From NCBI GenBank assembly GCA_049472335.1, contig JBLIRO010000051.1, positions 1 to 35,527 of the forward strand: 35,527 nucleotides of DNA. The letters are read 5' to 3'. Both the position numbers and the translations under genes were made by a program. Source of the DNA: a bacterium. Its GTDB lineage: Bacteria; SZUA-182; DTGQ01; JAFGSM01. The notes beneath the pieces are model-generated. The model saw only the letters and a list, made by a program, of their open reading frames with translations. It was not told the DNA's origin and searched no databases. Shown in pieces: positions 26,102 to 35,112 of the stretch (its first letter is position 1; each line of letters starts with the position of its first letter).

Positions 26102-27564
26102 TATTTCAAAAGATATTGTAATAAGAAAGTGGCTAAAGGAGGCACTGAAAAACTCATTATAAAGGTATAAAGCGTTTTTATTTCCATAGGCCATACAGGC
26201 TTATTTTCAACTTGATTATACATATCCTTTAACAAATCAAGATACTTTTCATATTCTTCTGTTTTATCTTTAGGGATCGATTCCCCTTCTATCCCCATTA
26301 ATAGCTTTTCATTAAATTCATTATATTTTCTTGAAATCCTATACAAATATGTATCTTTGGCATGTTTCATAGGGACATGAAAAGATATGAGCGGAAGGAA
26401 AAAAGCCAGGAAAAAGATTGGAATAAATGATACTACAAGTATGTAATTGTGAAAGGACGGTGGTGTAGCCTCCTTGAAGAATTGAGCAAGAATCATTAAG
26501 AGAAAAGGGACTGTTACATAAACAAAAGAGATCGCCACATCCGACAAACAGGAAAATCCACCCGCCTTATCAGCAGAAAGAGGCTTGATTCTTAAAAGAT
26601 CCTTTTCGTCCGACAATTTATTACAAAACAGATAAACCACGCCTACCAGGTTAATAAGTTTTGACAGAATGACCGGTATTAAAATATATCCAAAAAATAC
26701 CCAGAGCCGGGTCAACAGCCAGCAGAAGAAGGCCTCTTTTCTGTCTGTATCCCATTTGGGCAGGACAACTTTATTCATTAAATAAATTGGCTCCTCCTGG
26801 CCATATATATAAACCTCATTGGAAGTATAGGGTCGAATTATTTCCGGCAAACTGCGTGTAATAGCAGGAAAACTGCATGTAATCAAATTAAATAAAAATA
26901 ATACTATACCAGCAGCAAGGCCGGAATATTTTAACCATTTCCAGTGATCTTTCGCAGCAAAGCTTTTCTTTGCTTCATTAATAAAATTGATATATTTCCC
27001 GGATTCTTTAGAAATGAACTGGCTGTTTATTAGATTCCTTATCTTCGTAAAGAATCTTTCAATCCTCTTTGCTGAAACACCTAACAAAATCAAAGCCAAA
27101 GGCACGAGCATATAAAAGGGCCAAACCATCGGGTCACCTAAATAGCTCATGCCTATTATTCTTTTTGTCTGACCGAATCCTTTAATCTTCCCGGTCACTT
27201 CCTTACCAAGCCCTTCCGGAAGATTTTCAATATTGATCAATATCTTTTTCTCATCACCCAGGGTATTTATTAAAAGCGATTTGGAAAAATTTTCCTCTAA
27301 TTCCGGAAACTCTTTTTCGAGACTTATATATTCTTCATAATCAATGTAGGCGATTTGCTTCGTTTCGTATAAGTCCCCCCATTTAAAACGATTTTCTCTA
27401 TTAGCGGCAATAGTGGTAAGCAAAAAAGGCACAACGATCAACGCGATTAATGCAATTAATTTTTTAGGCTTGTCGAAGCCTATATGATTCAGAAAAAAAA
27501 CCAGGATCGGATCACCTGACAATATTTCATTTTCGGTAATTAATGGTAATTCTTCTTTCTTCAT
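26101..27564 (-). CDS. Uncharacterised polytopic membrane protein
   Basis: About 7 TM segments with two soluble loops; IKPLSADKAGG, FFLPL..FH.PM..AK and PVWP motifs. Confidence 0.75.
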   Translation of the reverse strand: MKKEELPLITENEILSGDPILVFFLNHIGFDKPKKLIALIALIVVPFLLTTIAANRENRFKWGDLYETKQIAYIDYEEYISLEKEFPELEENFSKSLLINTLGDEKKILINIENLPEGLGKEVTGKIKGFGQTKRIIGMSYLGDPMVWPFYMLVPLALILLGVSAKRIERFFTKIRNLINSQFISKESGKYINFINEAKKSFAAKDHWKWLKYSGLAAGIVLFLFNLITCSFPAITRSLPEIIRPYTSNEVYIYGQEEPIYLMNKVVLPKWDTDRKEAFFCWLLTRLWVFFGYILIPVILSKLINLVGVVYLFCNKLSDEKDLLRIKPLSADKAGGFSCLSDVAISFVYVTVPFLLMILAQFFKEATPPSFHNYILVVSFIPIFFLAFFLPLISFHVPMKHAKDTYLYRISRKYNEFNEKLLMGIEGESIPKDKTEEYEKYLDLLKDMYNQVENKPVWPMEIKTLYTFIMSFSVPPLATFLLQYLLK

Positions 27565-28430
27565 TATTTTCTCAGGGCGTTAAGAATAAAATTGGCGTTT
27601 TCGCAAAAAATTACATCAATAAATTTATTTGAAGCATACCTTACATAATCTTTAACCTTATCCACACTAAAAATCCATAATCTCAAATTATTCATTCTGC
27701 AATATTCCAAAACCTTATCTCCCAACATTGAACGGTGAATACAGATACCTCCCTTTGTTGACAACAGAATATCTAAAATATCCTCAGGAAGTCTCTGGCA
27801 AATCAAAGTATGCTGAAATCCCTGCTCCAAATTGCCTAATGGTTTTGAAAAAGATTTTTCTCCAATAATAACAAAAGATGAAAACCTTATAATCTTTTCA
27901 CCCATAACCTCAGAAATAAACGATCCCATTGCACCTAGTTTAATTATGTTCCAATGTGAGAGAATAAGCGGTATCCTGGCCCCTAACTCATAAAGGAGCA
28001 TCAGGGTTTGAGGAATCCAGGAAACAAAATATACATTATCTTCAAGACAGGCTTTTTGTATCATCTCAATGTGTTCTTTTTCAAATCCATAGTCCTTTAT
28101 ATCTATACAAAGCTTTTGATATGTATATTTCCTTTTCCTGAATAATTCAAGGGCGTCTTTTAAAGTCAGAGGTGGTTCCCCGTCGGGATATCTGAGTTTA
28201 TTCAGGATAGAAGATTCTGTTTCCTTAAATTTGTATCTTCCTTTGTTATGGCTTTTCATAACTGGATTATGTGAAATATAGATTTCCCTGTCCAGACTTG
28301 CCCGGGTGTCTACTTCTAAATATGGTACCGCAGAAGAACAGGCTTTTTCAAATGACAACAGGGAATTTTCTATATTTCCGAAACCCCTCACCCGATGGCT
28401 GAGTATTTTCCGGTAATTTCTATTTTCCAT
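27564..28430 (-). CDS. Glycerophosphodiester phosphodiesterase (GDPD)-like protein
   Basis: SHR..G...ENS...F..A, EVD...S.D..I.ISH, TL..AL and IDIK. Confidence 0.78.
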   Translation of the reverse strand: MENRNYRKILSHRVRGFGNIENSLLSFEKACSSAVPYLEVDTRASLDREIYISHNPVMKSHNKGRYKFKETESSILNKLRYPDGEPPLTLKDALELFRKRKYTYQKLCIDIKDYGFEKEHIEMIQKACLEDNVYFVSWIPQTLMLLYELGARIPLILSHWNIIKLGAMGSFISEVMGEKIIRFSSFVIIGEKSFSKPLGNLEQGFQHTLICQRLPEDILDILLSTKGGICIHRSMLGDKVLEYCRMNNLRLWIFSVDKVKDYVRYASNKFIDVIFCENANFILNALRK

Positions 28431-28490
28431 TCTCTAGTCTTCCTGTTTCTCTTTTTTCAGATCCTGTTCGAGTGATCAATTAATTATAAC

Positions 28491-28994
28491 CTATCGAGCT
28501 ATTGCAAGGAATATCAGTGCTCCTAAGATTGCCGCCAATAGAGCAAAAAACAAACTGGATATAAGGACGATGAGAAATCCCTTTGTGAATCCCACACCTG
28601 TGCCGTCGGGATACTTAATTGCCTTGCTAAACATAAAGGCAATAACCAGAAGGACTGCGGCCAAAACTACAGGGACTAAACGGAGGGGGTTTCCGGGGAG
28701 TCGGTAGAGATAAAAACCATTAAGGATAAGGAGCCTTTTAATCAAATCATAAGTGGAGATAGTTCTTCCCGGGATTTCGATTATGGCGATTAATATTGCA
28801 GAGGCCAGAACATTTCCGGTGATGAATGCCAGGAGCGTGGGTGAATAAATTTTCCTCCAAGATGGCCTGTAACCTGTGACGACTCGAGTTGCGATTACAA
28901 CAAGAGGCGCCGCTAAAAGGCTAAATATGGCAGACCTTATTATAATAATGAGAAAAGTAGAAACGATATGAGTAATTTCCAACAAGAACTGCAT
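28491..28994 (-). CDS. Hypothetical 4-TM membrane protein
   Basis: Four hydrophobic segments; GGAGG RBS. Confidence 0.7.
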   Translation of the reverse strand: MQFLLEITHIVSTFLIIIIRSAIFSLLAAPLVVIATRVVTGYRPSWRKIYSPTLLAFITGNVLASAILIAIIEIPGRTISTYDLIKRLLILNGFYLYRLPGNPLRLVPVVLAAVLLVIAFMFSKAIKYPDGTGVGFTKGFLIVLISSLFFALLAAILGALIFLAIAR

Positions 28995-29020
28995 AAGATG
29001 CCTCCAATTATTTGTCTGCT

Positions 29021-29638
29021 TTAAACCTCAAATATTCGAGCCTTATTTATAGGCTGATATCGCTCATCACAGATACTTGCGTTTATGAATACTGAATTTT
29101 CTATGATCAATTGTCCGTATCCTTCATGAATATGCCCGAATATGTAACATTTTGGTCTGATCCGATATATTGCCTTAAATAATTCCTCACATCCCTGATT
29201 TTGCCCATGAACAATATCTAAAATTCCAAATGGCGGACAATGAGTAATGAGAATATCAGTATCATGCGGGATCAAATCCCATTTTTGCCTTATTTCATCT
29301 CCGCGTTCTAAATTGAATGCCCAATCAAAAAACCATGGCTGCCATGGCGAGCCATAGATCTTTATTCCATTAATTTCAACACCGCTATCCTGTAGATAAA
29401 TGCAATTTTGTAAAGATGTTTTCGCTATATCAGGGAAATTTTGAAAAGGGAAATCATGATTTCCGGCTATTACTATTTTGTGCCTGTGAGGAAGTTGTGC
29501 CAAAAACCTGTCAAACTGGATAATTTCTTCAATCGTGCATTGATTACATATATCACCAGCACATATTAATATATCGCCACTCGGGATATGGATTTTTTCA
29601 TGGAAACCGTGCGTATCGCTGATTATAACTATTTTCAT
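29021..29638 (-). CDS. Calcineurin-like metallophosphoesterase (239FB/MPPED-like)
   Basis: ISDTH, AGD, AGNHD, ITH.PP and FGHIHE motifs. Confidence 0.92.
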   Translation of the reverse strand: MKIVIISDTHGFHEKIHIPSGDILICAGDICNQCTIEEIIQFDRFLAQLPHRHKIVIAGNHDFPFQNFPDIAKTSLQNCIYLQDSGVEINGIKIYGSPWQPWFFDWAFNLERGDEIRQKWDLIPHDTDILITHCPPFGILDIVHGQNQGCEELFKAIYRIRPKCYIFGHIHEGYGQLIIENSVFINASICDERYQPINKARIFEV

Positions 29639-29687
29639 AAGGATTTCAGATATTGCTTAAATCTAATGGACTCTTGATAGAAGACTA

Positions 29688-30638
29688 TCAACCCTCTCCC
29701 CAAAATTCCTCTAACCGCTCATCCGGTTGATGATGATATTTGTTATCAGATAATCTGATTCTATAAATGGCAACTGATATTATTATCGTTGCCAATACAG
29801 CAGGAAGCATATAATAAATGCTTAAATGTTCCAGATTCTCAATGGAAGTATTTATTAATCCTTTCATCTGTAAAGCATCATATCTCCATATGAAAACACA
29901 CATCAAATTATTGATAAAATGAAGGGTTATTGGATATATTAAATTCATTGTCTTAATAAAAACAAAACCTAACATCAATGATAACAGGAATATTGGAAAT
30001 ATTCTCGAAGGATTCAAATGCAACAAGGCAAACAAAATCGAAGCAATTACTATAGCCTTTATATCACCATATTTCCTTGATAAGCCATTTTGTATTAACC
30101 CTCTAAAAAAAATTTCTTCAAAGATTGCCGGTAATACAGCGATAAAGATAATAGCAATCAAAAATCTATGCAATCCCGGCATCCTTGCCATCTCAATAAA
30201 CTCAGCACTAAATGATATATTTTTCCCAAAAATACTTGTAAATATATTTTCTAATTCTGATGCGACAAACATATATGATACTGAAAATAATGTTATTAAA
30301 CTTATTAAGGGGATATTTATTTTTTTAATATTGATAATATCGTTAAGTTTGATCTTTGATCTCTTTTTTAAATATAAAATGAACAAAATAAGGATTACAT
30401 CGGCAAAGATTAATAACAACACATTCAAAAAATATGATGTCTGCAGACTCTGTTCTATGGCGTTCTGAATTGTGGAGGGATCAATACATGAATACTTTAA
30501 ACTGAATATTATTCCATAAACAATTGCATAAAAAAACGCTATTAAAACTCCTGCTAATAATTGAGAAATAACAAAAACTATAAAATAGATAATTGATTTG
30601 CCAATTGTGATTTCATATTCTGTATTAATATCTTCCAT
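29688..30638 (-). CDS. CPBP/Abi (CAAX) family intramembrane glutamic endopeptidase
   Basis: EEIFFRG, FALLH and HFINN motifs in a multi-TM protein. Confidence 0.92.
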   Translation of the reverse strand: MEDINTEYEITIGKSIIYFIVFVISQLLAGVLIAFFYAIVYGIIFSLKYSCIDPSTIQNAIEQSLQTSYFLNVLLLIFADVILILFILYLKKRSKIKLNDIINIKKINIPLISLITLFSVSYMFVASELENIFTSIFGKNISFSAEFIEMARMPGLHRFLIAIIFIAVLPAIFEEIFFRGLIQNGLSRKYGDIKAIVIASILFALLHLNPSRIFPIFLLSLMLGFVFIKTMNLIYPITLHFINNLMCVFIWRYDALQMKGLINTSIENLEHLSIYYMLPAVLATIIISVAIYRIRLSDNKYHHQPDERLEEFWGEG

Positions 30639-30819
30639 CTTAAATCTTTGATTAAATATTTAGGTAAGTCGACAACCAGCCATCCGAATCGCCAGCGTTC
30701 TTAATTGGGCTGTAATTCAATGAGAACCTGAACGGTGCCCGAAGAATACTGTTCCCATGGGCCCGGTAGTACATTTTTTGTGCTCATTTCAAAAAAAAGT
30801 AAAGAAAACCCTTCCTTTA

Positions 30820-30981
30820 TTAATAAATAGGATACGACCAGTCAAATTGTAATTCACATTTTTGGTTCTCATAAATGATTTCATCTTTTACCTCTTGAGT
30901 TGCATAAACTGTGGACGCTACAAACATAAAAAAGGAAATGATAAGAATTATCTTTTGGATGCCATACCCAAAGTAGTCCAT
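30820..30981 (-). pseudogene. 53-aa fragment of a secreted protein
   Basis: Hand translation MDYFGYGIQKIILIISFFMFVASTVYA-TQEVKDEIIYENQKCELQFDWSYPIY*: signal-peptide-like start followed by an early stop. Confidence 0.4.
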
Positions 30982-31354
30982 CTTTCTTCTCTTCCGCTTT
31001 TTTATCTCTTTTAAGTTAATGATAAAATGTTGGTAACATCAAAGATGTCCTCTTTACATTTATCCTCGAACCTTTGAATCTTATATACATAATAGTATGG
31101 TATTAATGCTATTTCAATATATGGTTTTTGTGGGTATTGGCTGTCCAATAATGAGGCTAATCTTTTACGATGAAACACAGTGAAAATATAATTTTCCTTA
31201 AGTCATTTTGTTTGGCGACATTCCATTTATAATTCTTACGATGCCCTTAAATATTCCTTCTATTACGGACAATCCTCTAAATTAAATCCAAATAATGATA
31301 TTTTAGTCAGATAAGGGATGGTAAAAATATTCGTAATGATTTTTGATTCTCCAC

Positions 31355-32113
31355 TCATCTTGGCTTAACGCCTATAAATACCTTCGTAGGATATTCGCCT
31401 TGCCCTAGGATAAAAGGATCGTAGACGCCATCCAACCTTGCCTGCTTCACTTTCAGTCCTGCATCCTCAAAGAGAGAAATCCATTCCGCTTGCGAAAAGA
31501 GTCCCAACCTATGAATGTCTGTATAAATGCTCAGCTTGCCTTCATGCCTGATCAGGTATACAAGGATTGCTTCATAGATTGATGGGGCTTGTTTGGGAAA
31601 ATAGTTGTTCTCGAAAATAGTGATCTCTACGTCATCTTTAGCACCAGTATAACAAAAATTATTTTCCCGTAACTCTTCACGAGTCTTTGCTACGGTCAGG
31701 AGTACACCACCGGGTATCAGATGTTTGAAAGCCGCAGCAATCGCACTTTGAAGCTCCGGCAGTTTCACCATATAATCGATGGAATCAGGAATGGTTACGA
31801 CACCAAAGCGTTCATTCAAATCGACGCTTCGCATGTCGCCTCGCAAATAAGTGACTTCTGGATTGGCCTTTCTGGGAATTTCGAGCATTTTTCCACTGAT
31901 GTCTACTTCTGTGACCTTGAAATGCTTCTTGAAGGTGTAGTCATTGCCACCTGCGCCGCAGCCTAAATAAAGCAAATTCTTTGTTTCAGTCTGAGCGTTT
32001 TCTTTGATGAGATTCACATAAAACTCGGTTTCATCTTCATAGTCAGCGGAAGATGTAATAATGGATTCTGTCCATGCAAAATCGCCATAACTAAGCCACT
32101 TATTAGTTTGCAT
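31355..32113 (-). CDS. Class I SAM-dependent methyltransferase
   Basis: LGCGAG, VDIS..ML, GDMR and HL.PGG motifs. Confidence 0.9.
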   Translation of the reverse strand: MQTNKWLSYGDFAWTESIITSSADYEDETEFYVNLIKENAQTETKNLLYLGCGAGGNDYTFKKHFKVTEVDISGKMLEIPRKANPEVTYLRGDMRSVDLNERFGVVTIPDSIDYMVKLPELQSAIAAAFKHLIPGGVLLTVAKTREELRENNFCYTGAKDDVEITIFENNYFPKQAPSIYEAILVYLIRHEGKLSIYTDIHRLGLFSQAEWISLFEDAGLKVKQARLDGVYDPFILGQGEYPTKVFIGVKPR

Positions 32114-32136
32114 TCTTGCTCTCCAAGTAACTATAC

Positions 32137-32230
32137 AGATAATGTTGAAATAACCCGCCTCACGATGATTTACGTGGCTCTTCTTTTTTACGGTCGGCTA
32201 AATGAGGTCGGGGTTGATTGATAGTTATGT
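32137..32230 (-). other. attC-like site after mazF (degenerate R')
   Basis: Minus strand ACATAAC tatcaatcaacc ccgacctca...tgaggcg ggttatttcaac ATTATCT; imperfect hairpin, 94 bp. Confidence 0.6.
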
Positions 32231-32240
32231 AATAATAATT

Positions 32241-32564
32241 TTAAGGAGCAAACATTTCAGCTAAGACTTCCAGTACTTTTTGAGAAGTATCTTTACTAAT
32301 TCTCCCTAATTTTTTTACCAATCGGCTTTTATCTATGGTGCGTATCTGATCAAGAACGATATGACCTTTTTTCCTTTGAAAAGTAATGGGAATACGGGTA
32401 GGATAACTTCTACCTTTTGTGATTAGAGGTGCAACAATAACTGTTCCAATATAATGATTCATCTCATCTGGAGAGATAATTAGACATGGACGAGTTTTTT
32501 TAATTTCATGGCCTATGGTTGGATCAAGATTAACTAAAAATATGTCGAAGCGGTCAATTACCAA
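32241..32564 (-). CDS. mazF: MazF/PemK-family endoribonuclease toxin
   Basis: V.LDPT.G.EI.KTRPC.IISP, VIVAP.T and LDQIRTIDKSRL. Confidence 0.95.
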   Translation of the reverse strand: MVIDRFDIFLVNLDPTIGHEIKKTRPCLIISPDEMNHYIGTVIVAPLITKGRSYPTRIPITFQRKKGHIVLDQIRTIDKSRLVKKLGRISKDTSQKVLEVLAEMFAP

Positions 32565-32821
32565 TCCCTTTCATTTTTATCCCAGTTTGTTTCAATGTAT
32601 ATATCTCCATCAAGTAATTTATCATCTTTATTTTTAGCCATAGTTTGAAAGGCATCTTCCCAACCATCCCTTGGTTTGGCCCTTGATTTTATAATAAGGC
32701 AGTTACCTTTAGGTTCTAATTCTACTTCTCTCTCCAAATGACATTGCTCTATAATAGCTTTTGGAATTCGAATGCCTTGGGAATTTCCAATCGGGATAAT
32801 ATTTGTTTTTAATTTTGCCAT
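32558..32821 (-). CDS. mazE: MazE/AbrB-family antitoxin
   Basis: IGNSQGIRIPK and PR.GW..AF; overlaps the toxin start. Confidence 0.93.
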   Translation of the reverse strand: MAKLKTNIIPIGNSQGIRIPKAIIEQCHLEREVELEPKGNCLIIKSRAKPRDGWEDAFQTMAKNKDDKLLDGDIYIETNWDKNERDW

Positions 32822-32840
32822 ATCTACCTCTTAATAAAAT

Positions 32841-32881
32841 GTATCTACAATGTAATTACCCTAAAAGTATATTTTTGTCAA
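32841..32881 (-). promoter_or_regulatory. Putative mazEF promoter/operator
   Basis: Minus strand TTGACA (32876-32881) followed, at the -10 position, by GTAATTAC-ATT-GTAGATAC repeated half-sites. Confidence 0.55.
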
Positions 32882-32891
32882 GATAAAATTA

Positions 32892-32990
32892 AAATAACAT
32901 TGCGCAACCTGCCTTGTGAACGCAACTGGAAAAGGCTTCGAAGTTCAAGAACAACTCCACAAGGGTAGCGTCAATATGCCGTTGTTAGCC
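32892..32990 (-). other. attC-like site after the Shedu-like gene
   Basis: Minus strand GGCTAAC begins 2 nt after the stop codon; ccttgtg...cacaagg stem; ends GTTATTT; 99 bp. Confidence 0.65.
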
Positions 32991-32992
32991 AC

Positions 32993-33460
32993 TCATTCGA
33001 TTATGACCCGGCGCTTCTTAGCGATTGACATGATGTCATCGTAGGTTACAACCTCTATTTCTGGATTATCAGCCCTGAGTGTCTGACGTTCCAAGGAATC
33101 TTTAAACTCAAAAGATCGTCCAATTATCACTATCAACCGCGGTTGATAAATTTCCATCCCAATCACGCTCTTCAGTCGTTTGCGATTGTCCTCGCTCTCA
33201 AACCGGCGTCTGTAAGTAAGTAACTGGGCGCATGCTTCCATGACTGCGTCACTCAAATGCACACGGTTATCTTGGTGCCTGATGATCCTCTTCCTGGGTG
33301 TACCGAAATCGGATCGTTTTATCTCCAGAATCACTGAGTCTTGGACCTCTCGGTTTGTGAGAATGAAATCCGGAATCAGGGGCCCATCCTGTGGGCGAGA
33401 GAGCGTAACTTGTGGAAATACCTCACGGTGATCCCATTTCCGTAAAAGGATTTTTCGGAT
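32993..33460 (-). pseudogene. 5'-truncated DUF4263 (Shedu/SduA-like) PD-(D/E)xK nuclease domain
   Basis: The frame stays open upstream of the listed GTG (..VFPQVTL...LIPDFILT...VILEIKR), then A..Q...Y, IIGR and TYDD. No start codon precedes the PD motif, and the sequence turns abruptly AT-rich at ~33460. Confidence 0.72.
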
Positions 33461-33951
33461 ATTTTTATCTTCACATCTGTGTTATGAATAAAGATTTATT
33501 TTTAGTATTAAAAAAATCTTAATAGCATTCAAATACCCTTAAATTTCGTGAACCCTAATTTATGCGAAATTAGAAAAAATTTCATTTTTTTATAAATAGC
33601 CGATGGACCTTAACTCAGCAACAGCAGTTAACTCTTGGATAGAACATCATGCTCGTTTTTTTATTTTGGTATCTTTTGTATCTTCTATACTCTCTTTTGG
33701 TTCCTTCAAAAATACTTAAGGATTGAATCCTGAACTTTGTAAATTACTGCTAAACCAATATATGTTCTATAGTCCCTAAAACAAAATCCGGGGGGATAGA
33801 TCTAAAATATCCAAAGTTTAAAATCAAACCAAGAATCCAAGCATGGTAAGTTAAATCCAAGAAATACAAAACATTGAAGGCTAGGACCGTAAAATTCTAC
33901 ACTTAAGAAGCTTTTACCTGAGTAGCTATGGTATGGATATGTGAATCCTTA

Positions 33952-34773
33952 TTAATATATTAAGCCTTGATAACCGCCCAAGCCTGAATAGATACCGAAG
34001 TTGCTTAACCCTTGATAGATACCATAACCTGGAAAACCAAAGCCTTGATAACCACCTAAGCCTGAATAGATACCAAAGTTGCCTAATCCTTGATAGATAC
34101 CATAGCCTGGAAAACCAAAGCCTTGATAACCACCTAAGCCTGAATAGATACCTAAGTTGCCCAAACCTTGATAGATACCATAGCCCTGATAGCCAAGGCC
34201 TTGCAGCCCTAGGCTTGAATAAACAGAACCTGGATATACTGGGACTGGTGGGATAAATCTTGGTAGCATACCCAAAGAAGATTCACTTTTCTCATCTTCT
34301 GGTCTGAGATACCCATTTGAGGAATTCCAAAGATCGAAATCACCCGATTTATTGGTCAGTTTGAGTGTAGTTTTCTCACATTTTTTAACGATAAATTTCA
34401 ATTCCACTAATTCACCATCTTCATTATGGTCAATACCACAATTTGCACCACTAATTCTTAAGGTGCCGGGACTCAGCATATCAACAATGACGGGCCTATT
34501 ACATACACCACCCTGAAAATATTCTTCATATTCGAGGATATCATCATCATATGTAACAGTAAATCTGAATTTTTCGACTGGATCACCGGCATTACTTACC
34601 CAAACATTAAAATAAACCTTTTCTTCTTCACTTCCATCGCAGTATTCATTCCCGATGTCCAAAATTGTCCCTTCGGCAGCAAAGGGAAGAAGAAAAGAAA
34701 TAATGAGAAAAAGCCCTATTGAAAGAAAACTGTTATTTATCCAATGCTTATTTAAGCTTTGCTTAGATATCAT
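33952..34773 (-). CDS. Secreted cohesin-like domain protein with a Gly/Tyr-rich repetitive tail
   Basis: Signal peptide; V.F.V.V.N...F.FTV.YD...LEY...G.L.I.G...DG.LV.L.F.V pattern; 26-aa C-terminal repeats. Confidence 0.7.
   Translation of the reverse strand: MISKQSLNKHWINNSFLSIGLFLIISFLLPFAAEGTILDIGNEYCDGSEEEKVYFNVWVSNAGDPVEKFRFTVTYDDDILEYEEYFQGGVCNRPVIVDMLSPGTLRISGANCGIDHNEDGELVELKFIVKKCEKTTLKLTNKSGDFDLWNSSNGYLRPEDEKSESSLGMLPRFIPPVPVYPGSVYSSLGLQGLGYQGYGIYQGLGNLGIYSGLGGYQGFGFPGYGIYQGLGNFGIYSGLGGYQGFGFPGYGIYQGLSNFGIYSGLGGYQGLIY
33965..34190 (-). repeat. Three tandem 78-bp repeats (GYGIYQGLGNFGIYSGLGGYQGFGFP)
   Basis: ccttgataacc starts at 33965, 34043 and 34121 (period 78). Confidence 0.93.
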
Positions 34774-34995
34774 GGCGATAGCCCTCCATTTGTAATAGAT
34801 TAAAGTGGGGGACAGACAAAAAGAATTTATTAAGCATTATGATTAATAATAGCTTTTTTATTCTTTTTCTCCCTATTAAAGAATAAATGTTGAAGATCTT
34901 TATTTCATCTAATTATATCCTTTCATATTATAACATATACAGAAAATATTTTAATTTTACATTCCTTAACATTTTGAAATTATTAGCTTTTTTCC

Positions 34996-35088
34996 TTATA
35001 ACGACAGGCATCACCTGCCTTGCGAGCAATTAAGAAGGAGTGAGCATTTCACGGCCAGCTAAGCAAGGTCAAGATGCAATTGTTAGCC
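34996..35088 (-). other. attC-like site after the ICMT gene
   Basis: Minus strand GGCTAAC aatt gcatc ttg accttgc...gcaagg caggt gatgc ctgtc GTTATAA; 93 bp; shares caaggcagg with the 32892 site. Confidence 0.72.
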
Positions 35089-35112
35089 ATATGATAGTCT
35101 ATACAACAGCAG

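Noticed and set aside
29660..29750. Possible fourth attC overlapping the CPBP stop (TGATAAC...atcaacc...ggttgat)
   Set aside because: Only a short stem and no GTT R' box at a suitable distance; too degenerate to call.
723..33431. Many + strand ORFs in the track (for example 723..1103, 9288..9926, 11752..12144, 16485..16868, 33240..33431) and short nested - strand ORFs
   Set aside because: They are antisense or alternate-frame shadows of well-supported genes, with no recognisable motifs.
33965..34190. Possible CRISPR array
   Set aside because: The 78-bp units are contiguous in-frame coding repeats with no unique spacers, and there are no cas genes.
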